From Squalus acanthias (Eukaryota), in contig CM059432.1 of the NCBI GenBank assembly GCA_030390025.1, positions 72,604,001 through 72,668,000 on the forward strand: a stretch of DNA of 64,000 nucleotides, given 5' to 3'. This document shows, in pieces, positions 39,372 to 50,642 of this stretch. The position numbers and the translations under genes are program-made. A model generated the notes under the pieces. That model had not been told where the DNA came from. It was given only the letters and a program-made list of their open reading frames with translations, and searched no databases. The first letter of the stretch is position 1; every line of letters starts with the position of its first letter.

Positions 39372-42008
39372 ACCCATGTTTAACCTGATGCCATGAGACT
39401 TCATGGGGTCCGGTGTCAATGTTGAGGACTCCCAGGGCCACTCCCTCCCGACTGTATACCACTCTGCCGTCACTTCTGGTGGGTCTGACCTGCCGGTGGG
39501 ACAGGACATACCCAGTGATGGTAATGGAGGAGTCTGGGACATTGGCTGAAAGGTATGATTCTGTGAGTATGACTATGTCAGGCTGTTGCTTGACTAGTCT
39601 GTGTGACAGCTCAGTCTCATGACATCAGGTCAAACATGGGCAAGGAAACTTCCTGCTGATTACCACCTACCGCCCTCCCTCAGCTGATGAATCAGTACTC
39701 CTCCATGTTGAACACCACTTGGAAAAACCACTGAGGGTAGCAAGGGCACAGAATGTACTCTGGGTGGGGGACTTCAATGTCCATCACCAAGAGTGGCTCG
39801 GTAGCACCACTACTGACCGAGCTGGCCGAGTTCTGAAGGACATAGCTGCCAGACTGGGCCTGCAGCAGGTGGTGAGAGAACCAACACGAGGGAAAAATCT
39901 ACCTGACCTCGTCCTCACCAATCTGTCGCAGATGCATCTGTCCATGACAGTATTGGTAGCAGTGACCACCGCACAGTCCTTGTGGAGACGAAGTCCTGTC
40001 TTCACACTGAGGACACCCTCCATCGTGTTGTGTGGCACTACCACCGTGCTAAATGGGATAGATTCAGAACAGATCTAGCAGCTCAAAACTAGGCATCCAT
40101 GAGGCACTGTGGGCCATCGGCAGCAGCAGAATTGTATTCCACCACAATCTGTAACCTCATGGCCCGGTATATGCTTCACTCTACCATCAAGCCAGGGGAC
40201 CAACCCTGGTTCGATGAGGAGTGCAGAAGAGCATGCCAGGAGCAGCACTCGGCATACCTAAAAATGAGGTACCAACCTGGGGAAGCTGCAACACAGGACT
40301 ACATGCATGCGAAAAAGCGGAAGCAGCATGCTATAGACAGGGCTAATTGATCCCACAACGAATGGATCACATCAAAGCTCTGCAGTCCTGCCACATCCAG
40401 TCCTGAATAGTGGTGGACCATTAAACAACTAACAGGAGGAGGAGGCTCCATAAATATCCCCATCCTCAATGATGGCGGCGCCCAGCACGTGAGTGCAAAA
40501 GACAAGGCTGAAGCGTTTGCAACCACCTTCAGCCAGAAGTGCCTAGTGGATGATCCATCTTGGCCTACTCCTGAGGTCCACACCATCACAGAAGCCAGTC
40601 TTCAGCCAATTCAATTCACTCCACGTGATATCAAGAAACGGCTGAGTGCAATGAATACAGCAAAAGCTATGGGCCCCGACAACATCCAGGCTGTCGTGCT
40701 GAAGACAAGTGCTCCAGACCTAGCCGCGCCTCTAGCCAAGCTGTTCCAGTACAGCTACAACACTGGCATCTCCCCGACAATGTGGAAAACTGCCCAGGTA
40801 TGTCCTGTCCACAAAAAGCAGGACAAATCCAATCCGACCAATTACCGCCCCATCAGCCTACTCTCAATCATCAGCAAAGTTTTTTAAATTTTTTTTATTC
40901 GCTTATGGGATCTCGGCATTGCTGGCAAGGCCAGCATTTATTGCCCATCCCTAGTTGCCCTTGAGAAGGTGGTGGTGAGCCGCCTTCTTGAAGCGCTGCA
41001 GTCCGTGTGGTGAAGGTACTCCCACAGTGCTGTTAGGTAGGGAGTTCCAGGATTTTGACCCAGCGACGATGAAGGATCGGCGATATACTTCTAAGTCACG
41101 ATGGTGTGTGACTTGGAGGGGAACTTGGAGGAGGTGGTGTTCCCATGCGCCTGCTGCCCTTGTCCTTCTAGGTGGAAGAAGTCGCGGGTTTGGGAGGTGC
41201 TGCCGAAGAAGTGATAGAAGGTGATAGAAGGTGTTGTTGACAGTGCTATCAAGTGGCACTTACTCACCAATAACCTGCTCACTGATGCTCAGTTTGGGTT
41301 CTGCCAGGACCACTCGGCTCCAGACCTCATTACAGACTTGGTCCAAACATGGACAAAAGAGCTAAATTCCAGAGGTGAGGTGAGAGTGACTGCCTTTGAC
41401 ATCAAGGCAGCATTTGACCGAGTGTGGCATCAAGGAGCCTGAGTGGTTGTGGTTGTTGGAGGCCAATCATCTCAGCCCCAGGACATTGCTGCAAGAGTTC
41501 CTCAGGGCAGTGTCCTAGGCCCAACCATCTTCAGCTGCTTCATCAATGACCTTCCCTCCATCATAAGGTCAGAAGTGGGGATGTTCGCTGATGATTGCAC
41601 AATGATCAGTTCCATTCGCAACTCCTCAGATAATAAAGCAGTCCATGCCCGCATGCAGCAAGACCTGGATGACATTCAGGCTTGGGCTGATAAGTGGCAA
41701 GTAACACACGCGCCACACAAGTGCTAGGCAATGACTATCTCCAACAATCGAGAACCTAACCACCGCCCCCTGACATTCCCATCGCCGAATCCCCCAACAT
41801 CAACATCCTGGGGGTTACCATTGACCAGAAACTTAACTGGACCAGCCACATAAATACTGTAGCCACTAGAGCAGGTCAGAGGCTGGGTATTCTGTGGCGA
41901 GTGTCTCATCTCCTGACTTTCCAAAGCCTTTCCACCATCTACAAGGCACAAATCAGGAGTGTGATGGAATACTCTCCACTTGCCTGGATGAGTGCAGCTC
42001 CAACAGCA
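39372..42008 (+). mobile_element. LINE-A APE-RT with inverted 5' segment (39372-39612, minus), 3'-truncated
   Basis: Minus: ELSHRLVKQQPDIVILTES...HEVSWHQVKHG; plus continues HQVKHGQGN..YRPP, GDFN, SDH, RT MFADD. Confidence 0.9.
40881..41208 (-). mobile_element. LINE-A 3' end nested in LINE-A
   Basis: Reverse complement of 1381-1695; AAGT on both sides. Confidence 0.9.
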
Positions 42009-42885
42009 CGAGCAAACCTCCCTGCGAGACTATTGGTCCCGGCTCTGTTGATGTGTAACAGGTAACCTTCCCCAGAAGCGGTCCCAATGCCTCAGGAATC
42101 TAAAGCCCTCCCTCGTGCACCATCTCTCCAGCCACGCATTCATCTGTTCTATCCTCCTATTCCTGTACTCACTAGCACGTGGCACCGGGAGTAATCCAGA
42201 GATTACCACCTTTGAGGTCCTGCTTTTTAATCTCTCTCCTAGCTTCCTAATCTCTGCCTGCAGGACCTCATCCCTCTTTCTGCCTATGTTGTTGGTACCG
42301 ATATGGACAACGACCTCTGGCTGTTCACCCTCCCCCCTCAGAATGTCCTGCAGCCGCTCAGTGACATCCTTGACCCTGGCACCAGGGAGGGAACATACCA
42401 TCCTGGAGTCATATCTGTGGCCGCAGAAATGCTTGTCTGCTCCCCTAACTATCGAATTCCCTATCACTATTGCTCGTCCACTCTTTCTCCTCCCCCCCTG
42501 TGCAGCTGAGCCACCCGTGGTGCCATTGACTTGACTCTGGCTGCAGTCTCCAGAGGAACCATCGCCCCCACCAGTACTCAGAACAGAATACTGGTTGGAG
42601 AGTGAGATGCACTCCGGGGTCTCCTGCACTACCTGCCTGGTCCTCCTCTTCTGTCTGGGGTCACCCATTCCCGCTCTGCCTGCATACTCTTAAGCTGCGG
42701 GGTGACGACCTCCTGAAATGTGCTATCCGCTTAAATCTCAGCCTCGCGAATGCACCGCAGTGACTCCAGCTGCCGCTCAAGCTCCAAAATCCGGAGCTCG
42801 AGTTGCTGTAGCTGATGACACTTCCTGCTCATGTGGTCGTCCAGGCTACGCGATGTGTCCAGGACTTCCCACATGGCACAGGAGG
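42009..42885 (-). mobile_element. CR1 ORF1 region (zinc finger/coiled coil plus esterase)
   Basis: MWEVLD..RKCHQLQ, IVIGNSIVRG, VHIGTNN. Confidence 0.88.
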
Positions 42886-45800
42886 TATTAGTGTTATTAG
42901 TATTAGTAAAAAAATAGAACTGGTGAAATTAATGGGACTGAAAGCCGATAAATCCCCTGGTCCTGATGGCCTACAGCCTTGGGTTTTGAAAGAGGTGGCT
43001 GTAGAGATAGTGGATGCATTGGTTGTCATTTTCCAAAATTCCATTGATTCTAGAATGATTGCTGCTGATTGAAAGACAGCAAATGTAACCCCACTATTTA
43101 AGAAAGGAGGGAGAAAGAAAACGGGGAACTACAGACCAGTTAGCCTGATATCAGTAGTAGGGAAAATGCTAGAATCTATTATTAAGGATGTGGTAACAGG
43201 GCACTTAGAAAATAATAATAGGATTGGGCAGAGTCAACATGGATTTATGAAAGGGAAATCATGTTTGACAAATCGGTTAGAGTTTTTTGAGGTTGTAACT
43301 AGCAGAATAGATAAGGGGAACCAGTGGATGTGGTGTATTTGGATTTTCAGAAGGCATTCAATAAGGTGCCACACAAGCGGTTATTAAACAAATGGGATTG
43401 GGGGTAATATACTAGCATGGATTGAGGATTGGTTAATGGACAGAAAACAGAGAGTAGGAATAAACGGGTCATTTTCGGGTTGGCAGGTTGTAACTAGTGG
43501 GGTACCGCAAGGATCAGTGCTTGGGTCTCAGCTATTCACAATCTACATCAATGATTTGGATGAGGGGACCAAATGTAATATATCTAAGTTTGCTGATGAT
43601 ACAAAGCTGGGTGGGAATGTAAGTTGTGAGGAGGGTGCAAGGAAGCTTCAAGGGGATATAGACAGGCTAAGTGAGTGGGCAAGAAACATGGCGAATGGAA
43701 TATAATGTGGAGAAATGTCAAGTTATCCATTTTGGTAGGAAAAATAGAAAAGAGGAGTATTTTTTAAATGGTGAGAGATTGGGAAATGTTGGTGTTCAGA
43801 GGGACCTGGGTGTCCTTGTACACGAATCACTGAAAGTTAACATGCAGGCACAGCAAGCAATTAGGAAAGCAAATGGTATGTTGGCCTTTATTACAAGAGG
43901 ATTTGAGTATAAGAGTAAAGACGTCTTACTGCAATTATATAGGGCCCTGGTAAGACCACACCTGGAGTATTGTGTACAGTTTTGGTCTCCTTACCTAAGG
44001 AAGGATATACTTGCCATAGAGGGAGTGCAACAAAGGTTCAGCAGACTGGTTCCTGGGATGGGGGGATTGTCCTATGAGGAGAGATTGAGTAGACTAGGCC
44101 TATATTCTCTAGAGTTTAGAAGAGTAAGAGGTGATCTCATTGAAACATACAGAATTCTTACAGGGCTTGACAGGGATGATGCAGGTAGGATATTTTCCCC
44201 TGGCTGGGGAGTCTAGAACCAGGGGTCACAGTCTCAGAATAAGGGGTCGGCCATTTAGGACGGAGATGAGCAGAAATTTCTTCGTTCAGAGGGTGGTGAA
44301 TCTTTGGAATTCTCTACCCCAGAGAGCTGTGGAGTCTCACTCGTTTAGTATATTCAAGACAGAGATCGACAGATTTTTGAATATTAAGGGAATCAAGGGA
44401 TATGGGGATAATACAGGAAAGTGGAGATGAGGTAACCTCCCTTTCGCTCCAAAGTCCTTGAACGTGTCATCGCCTCACAAATCCGTGCCCATCTTTCCCG
44501 CAATTCCATGTTTGAATCCCTCCAATCAGGTTATCTGCCCTGCCCCTGTACCGAAACGGCTCTCGTCAAAGTCACAAATGACATCCTTTGTGACTGCGAC
44601 AAAGGTAAACTATCCCTCCTCGTCTTTCTTGACTTGTCTGCAGACTTTGACATGGTTGACCATTCCATCCTTCTCCAACGCCTCTCCACCATCGTCCAGC
44701 TGGGTGGGACTGCACTCGCCTGGTTCCATTCTTATCTATCTAATCGTAGCCAGAGAATCACCTGCAACAGCTTCTCTTCCCACTCCCTCATCGTTACCTC
44801 TTGTGTTCCCCAAGGATCTATCCTTGGCCCCCTCCTATTTCTCATCTACATGTTGCCCCTTGGTGACATCATCCGAAAACACAGCATCAGTTTCCACATG
44901 TACGCTGACGACACCCAGCTCTACCTCACTACCTCTTCTCTCGACCACTGCACGGTCTCTAAATTGTCAGACTGCTTGTCCGACATACAGTTCTGGATGA
45001 GCAGAAATTTTCACCAATTAAATATTGGGAAGACCGAAGCCTTTGTTTTCGGTCCCCACCACAAAGTCCGTTCCCTAGCCACTCACTCCATCCCTCTCCC
45101 TAACATCTGTCTGAGGCTGAACCACACTGTTTGCAACCTTGGTGTCATATTTGACCCTGAAATGAGCTTCCGACCACATATCCGCAGCATAACTAAGGCC
45201 GCCTATTTCCACCTCCGTAACATCGCCCATCTCCACCCTTGCCTCAGCTCAACCGTTGCTGAAACCCTCATCCATGCCTTTGTTACCTCTAGACTTGACT
45301 ATTCCAACGCACTCCTGGCTGGCCTCCCACATTCTGCCCTACGTAAACTTGAGGTCATGCAAAACTTGGCTGCTCGTGTACTTACTCGCACCAAGTCCCG
45401 TTCGCCCATCACCCTTGTGCTCGCTGACCTACATTGGCTCCTGGTTAAGCAACACCTCGATTTCAAAATTCTCATCCTTGTTATCAAATCCCTCCATGGC
45501 CTTGCCACTCCCTATCTCTGTAATCTCCTTCAGCTCCACAACCCCCCGAGATATCTGCGTTCCTCTAATTCTGCCCTCTTGAGCATCCCTGATTATAATC
45601 ACTCAACCATTGGTGGCCGTGCCTTCTGTTGCCTAGGCCCTAAGCTCTGGAATTCCCTGCCTAAACCTCTCCGTCTCTCTTTCCTCCTTTAAGACACTCC
45701 TTAAAACCTAACTCTTTGACCAAGCTTTTGGTCAGCTGCCCTAATTTATCCTTATGTGGCTCGGTGTCAAATTTTTTGTCTTACAATACTCCTGTGCAGA

Positions 45801-45950
45801 GCCTTGGAATGTTTTTCTACGTTAAAGGCGCTATATAAATACAAGTTATTGTTGTTGTTGTAGAAGGTCAGCCATGATCTTATTGAATGGTGGAGCAGGC
45901 TCGAAGGGCCAAATGGCCTACTCCTGCTCCTATTTCTTATGTTCTTATGT
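42886..45950 (+). mobile_element. CR1 RT and 3' end, with L2 inserted in its 3' UTR
   Basis: RT motifs at 42930-44430; tail resumes at 45863-45950. Confidence 0.9.
44435..45859 (+). mobile_element. L2 LINE 3' part with open RT ORF 44508-45692
   Basis: TETALVKVTND, LDLSADFD, PQGSILGP, YADDTQLY, SRLDYSN; tail AAGGCGCTATATAAATACAAG(TTG)n; GTA on both sides. Confidence 0.92.
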
Positions 45951-46270
45951 TGTCGTATCCGAATCCGGTGTCTAGTTCGATGCCGGGTTGTGCGTCCGGT
46001 TTTATTCTTATTATAGTTTTTTGTCGCGGTTTTGATGCAACTGAGTGGCTTGTTAGGCCATTTCAGAGGGCAGTTAAGAGTTAACCACATCGCTGTGGGT
46101 CTGGAGTCACGTATAGGCCTGACTGGGTAAGGACATTAGTGAACCAGATGGGTTTTTACAACAATCCGGCAGTTTCATGGTCACCATTACTGATACTAGC
46201 TTTTTATTCCAGATTTATTTAATTAATTAGCTGGATTTAAATTCCCCAGCTGCTGTGGTGGGATTTGAAT
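45951..46270 (-). mobile_element. Body of the 34068-type SINE continuing into a non-tail sequence (possible LINE 5' region)
   Basis: 46045-46270 is homologous to 34170-34375. Confidence 0.7.
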
Positions 46271-46539
46271 GTACAGCTGAGCCCAACCTCATATAAATCA
46301 ACAGAAATTATCTTGTTCCCATATTAAAAATCTATCATCTATATGAAATTTTAAAAACTGTTGTAAAATTATCCAGAAGGCATAATTTTTAATATAAAAC
46401 AAAAAAATTCTGGCTAAGTCTGTTGAATCCAGCAATCAAACCAAAAGGTGCTGACGTATTGACAAAACTGTTCCCGAATCTGCACCCTCCTTTTTTCCAC
46501 GCCCAGTTCCTTTTCATTATTTTAAATTTATTCAGCTAC

Positions 46540-46828
46540 AAAGATGTTGCGGCACTGGGTCGGCATATTTGTTCCTCTTCCTGCGTAACTTGCTGTGCAA
46601 AGTTCACAAAACCCGTTAGTTTAAGTCTCGACGTGGGTTTTGTTTTCTATCGCCGAAAGGACTTCACCCTTGTTCGATTGCCGCAACTGCTTCCTATGTT
46701 TTGCAACTTAAATTCCGTGAAGTGAATCAACGAACTTTGGCGAATCAGGAAGATCGGTAGGGAAGAGCAAAGACTGCAACAACCTCTGCTGCTGTCACCA
46801 CCCGTTGTTCCTGACAAATTATCCAACA
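46540..46828. promoter_or_regulatory. CpG-enriched non-repeat segment, candidate promoter or 5' UTR
   Basis: Retained CpGs, several CTTCC/GGAAG motifs, upstream of a strong-Kozak ATG. Confidence 0.4.
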
Positions 46829-46911
46829 ATGGCAGATCTGGGTGTCTGGATTGCGAGTATCTTGGCCGGGGTGTCACTCGGCTGGTTCCTGCTGCTAAGG
46901 AACAGGAGAAG
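46829..46911 (+). CDS. Putative first coding exon encoding an N-terminal membrane anchor (MADLGVWIASILAGVSLGWFLLLRNRR)
   Basis: ACAATGG Kozak; hydrophobic helix plus basic cluster; AG|GCAAGT GC-type donor. Confidence 0.5.
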
Positions 46912-47552
46912 GCAAGTGCAGATTTGTGTTGCTGTCTCTTTTCTCGTTGTAGCAGTAGAAACAGTCCCTTTGCAGTTAAACAAAAATCGATTTGTAAGTC
47001 ACAGAATCAGAGAATTTTATTTCACAGAAGACTAAACAGCCCATGCCACCCAAGCTGGCTTTCTGAAAGAACTATTCACTTCGTCTCATTCCCATGCCCT
47101 TTCCCCATAGCATTTATTTATTGTTTCTTTTTTAAAACTGTATCCACATTCCTTATAAAAAAAACTATTATGGATTCTGCTCCCATCAGTGTTTCTGATT
47201 GAGCTTTCCAGGGCTGATTCTCCTGTCCAGAATGGCCTGTTTGTGCCAGGTTAAAGGGTGTTACAGAAAAGAAATGGGGGCAGAAACCTGGATTTATTAT
47301 GCATTTTTGGGGGCCAAATGGGCAGCGGCAGGAAGCTCTCAGGAGAATTTCGATGACATGAGTCACAATCCCTTCTGTGTTATTTTGTGGAGCTAATGCT
47401 GGAAAAACGCCTGCATAGAAGCTGTGTGGAAACTAAATGTTGGGAGTTTCTACCATTTGCTATCAGGTTACAGGATCTTTAAATGGGAAGTTAGCAACTT
47501 CACAACATTGCAAGTTGTTGGACCAGATTTTCCTGTTTTAAAAAGAATTTTG

Positions 47553-47935
47553 CATGTTTCAATGAGATCACCTCTCATTCTTCTAAACTCCAGAGAATAT
47601 AAGAAACATAAGAAATAGGAGCAGGAGTAGGCAATTTGGCCCTTTGAGCCTGCTCTGCCATTCAATAAGATCATGACTGATCTTCTACCTCATCTCCACT
47701 TTCCTGCACTATCCCCATATCTCTTGATTCCCTTAATATTCAAAAATCTATCGATATAGGCCTAGTCTACTCAATCTGTCCTCATAGGACAATCCCCCCA
47801 TCCCAGGAACCAGTCTGGTGAACCTTCGTTGCACTCCCTCTATGGCAAGTATATCCTTCCTTAGGTAAGGAGACCAAAACTGTACACAGTACTCCAGGTG
47901 TGGTCTCACCAGGGCCCTATATAATTGCAGTAAGG
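47553..47935 (-). mobile_element. CR1 fragment with a nested CR1 3' end (about 47602-47753)
   Basis: YSLEFRRMRGDL split by a CR1 tail; ATATA on both sides. Confidence 0.8.
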
Positions 47936-49962
47936 AGGCTCTTAAAATTATATATTATAATATATATTAAAAAAATTAGTTTACTAAGAAACTGACAACT
48001 GTATACCAATTCAGCTAGTAAACGGTTCTGTATAGTTTTTTAAAGTCATTTTAGTTATATAAAATCAGGTTACTTGCAGGTGGACTAGACACTGATTAAA
48101 AATGCTTATTTTTTGTGATAAACCCATTTTCAGTTGTATTAATAAAACTGCACCAGGTTACCACTCTTAAATAGATCAGGGAATGTTTATAAATGCAATT
48201 TAAAAAAAAAATTGCATTCTAAAAGGCTGCCCGATTGTACTGGCTCATGGAAGATTTTACGTTCGCCAATATGCAATAGAGATTGAACGGAAACTTGAGT
48301 AAAAAATTCAATTCAGAAAACTAGCGCAATTTTGAGCATAATGTGCGCCTGTATTTAGATATTGGGTTCAGTGATGGTGCAGAGTTTTTGTTGCAGCAGG
48401 TGGGAGGGGTTTTTGCTGCTGTCACAAACAGTGGCCACTGGTGCAAAATTCTCTTTTGTCATTATGATTAGTAGATATAGAGACTCCTCTTCCCAAATGA
48501 AAACAGACCCAAAGGCATCACTAAGAAATGTGAATGGCTCACTGACCATAATGTTACATGCTTTTTTGGGAGCATCCCCATCACAGTATGCCCTGGTTTC
48601 TATGGCACAGCATGGGTATCCAGATTGCCTGTACCTGGCAAGATGCTACCAACTATTTCTGCAGGCTCTGGCATGCCTATTCGGAAATGAATGTTGGGAA
48701 CTGTCTTCTCAGTCCTTCCTTATTTCTCTCTCAACTCTTTTTTCCCTCCTTTCTGTCTCTCTGCCTTTCTTCCTCTCCCTCCCCCTTTCACACCTTTCTT
48801 TCACTTTCACTGCATTTCCTTCTGGACAAACTGCTTCCCTAAGGCTTTTTGACTTTCTTCCTCTCTTTTCTTATAATTCCTCAGCCTTAGCCAATGATGC
48901 ACTTATCAGCCTTAGCAGCCACCCTTGCTTTGCTTAACTGGGTTAGTATGTTGGTGAAATGGGTGAGGTGTTCATCTCATCTGACTGAAAATGGTGTACT
49001 ATCCATGTAAGCCTGTCAAAATAGAATCTATCAGCCACTACAATAGGGTGGATGCATTCTGCATCTTGATAGGCATGACCATAAATCCATATACCCCTGA
49101 TTGTGTGGCAAAGCCGATTGAGTCACTATGCTTATTGGCTCCTGCTAATAACCTTTTGTTAGGTATAGAATCATCAGATACTGGGTACTCCCTAAGTTCT
49201 AAAGGATCTTCTCTGTGCGAGGTATAGAACAAGCATCCACCACTGTCGGGTTATTTAGTTACTGACAATCTACACAGAACCGTGTGGTCAGCGACCTACA
49301 CTGCCTGTCATACCACGGATTCTGGGATGGCTGCATTCCTCTCAGGTTCAGAATTTCCTGCACTTTTCTAGTTACATGTTCCCTCACCTTAGGTATATGT
49401 ATTGCTTCACCTAATTTAAAGTTCCTGTTTTTATATTGTGGACAAACTGCTTTACCCAAGAATAGTGACTGAAGCCATAGCAACATTTTCCCAGCTTACG
49501 TTTTCTGTGGGGGAGATATTGAGCTGAAAGAGTGATCTGAGGAATTCCGTTTACTTTCTGAGACCCTGTGCCATTAGTGGAGCTTTGTACACAGCAGATG
49601 ACTTATTGAAAAAGCATGGGTACACTATGTATGATTTTACACTCATTAGTGCACCTGTGATGTTTTGATAAACTGCCCATTGCCTGTGAGGCCTGCCAAT
49701 TACTCAGGGCTTCAGAAAATTCACTCACTTTCCTCGCCCTCCTCTGAGGTGACCATGACAGATGCGGCCACTTGTTCTTGCATGAGATAAAGTTTTAGCT
49801 TATTCCTGATGATATATTATTCCATGGATGATGGACACCCTCCGGTATCATGCTAAAGTGGCCTGCTGATACTCGTTAAGATCACAAGAAAAGAATGGCT
49901 ACTTGGGCAAGATATTGGAGGACATCCTTTGTCTACAAAATCATTCACCAGCATGACTGACT

Positions 49963-50642
49963 ACAACAACAACGACAACAACAACATATAGCGGCTTTAA
50001 CATAGTAAAATGTCCCAAGGCGGTTCGCAGGAGCATTATCAAACAAATTTTGGCACCGAACCACACAAGGAGCTATTAGGGCAGTTGGGAGGCAGGTTTT
50101 AAGGAGCATCTTAAAGGAGGAAAGAGAGGTAGAGAGATGGAGAGGTTGAGGGAGGGAATTCCAGAGCTTAGGGCCTTGGCAGCTGAAGGCAATTAAAATC
50201 AGGGATGCTCAAGAGGCCAGAATTGGAGGAGAGCAGATATCTCGGAGAGTTGTAGGTCTGGAGGAGATTACAGAGATAGGGAGTGGTGAGGCCATGAAGA
50301 GATTTGAAAACAAGGGTGAGAAATTTAAAATTGAGGCATTGCTTAACCGGGAGCCAATGCAGGTCAGCAAGCACAGGGGTGATGGGTGAACGGGACTTGG
50401 TGCGAGTTAGGGCACAGGCAGCAGAGCTTTGGATGGCCTCAAGTTTACAGAGGGTGGAAGATGGGAGGCCAGCCAGGAGTGCATTGGAATAGTCAAGTCT
50501 AGAGGTAACAATGGCATAGATGAGGGTTTCAGCAGCAGATGAGCTGAGGTGGGGTGGATTCGGGCAATGTTACGGAGGTGGAAATAGGCGGTCTTCGTGA
50601 TGGTGCGGATATGTGGTTGGAAGCTCATTTCGGGGTCAAATA
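49963..50642 (-). mobile_element. L2 3' end
   Basis: Homologous to 45150-45859; (TTG)n tail. Confidence 0.88.

Noticed and set aside
48362..48937. 191-aa ORF
   Set aside because: Low-complexity pyrimidine tract, non-ATG start, no motif
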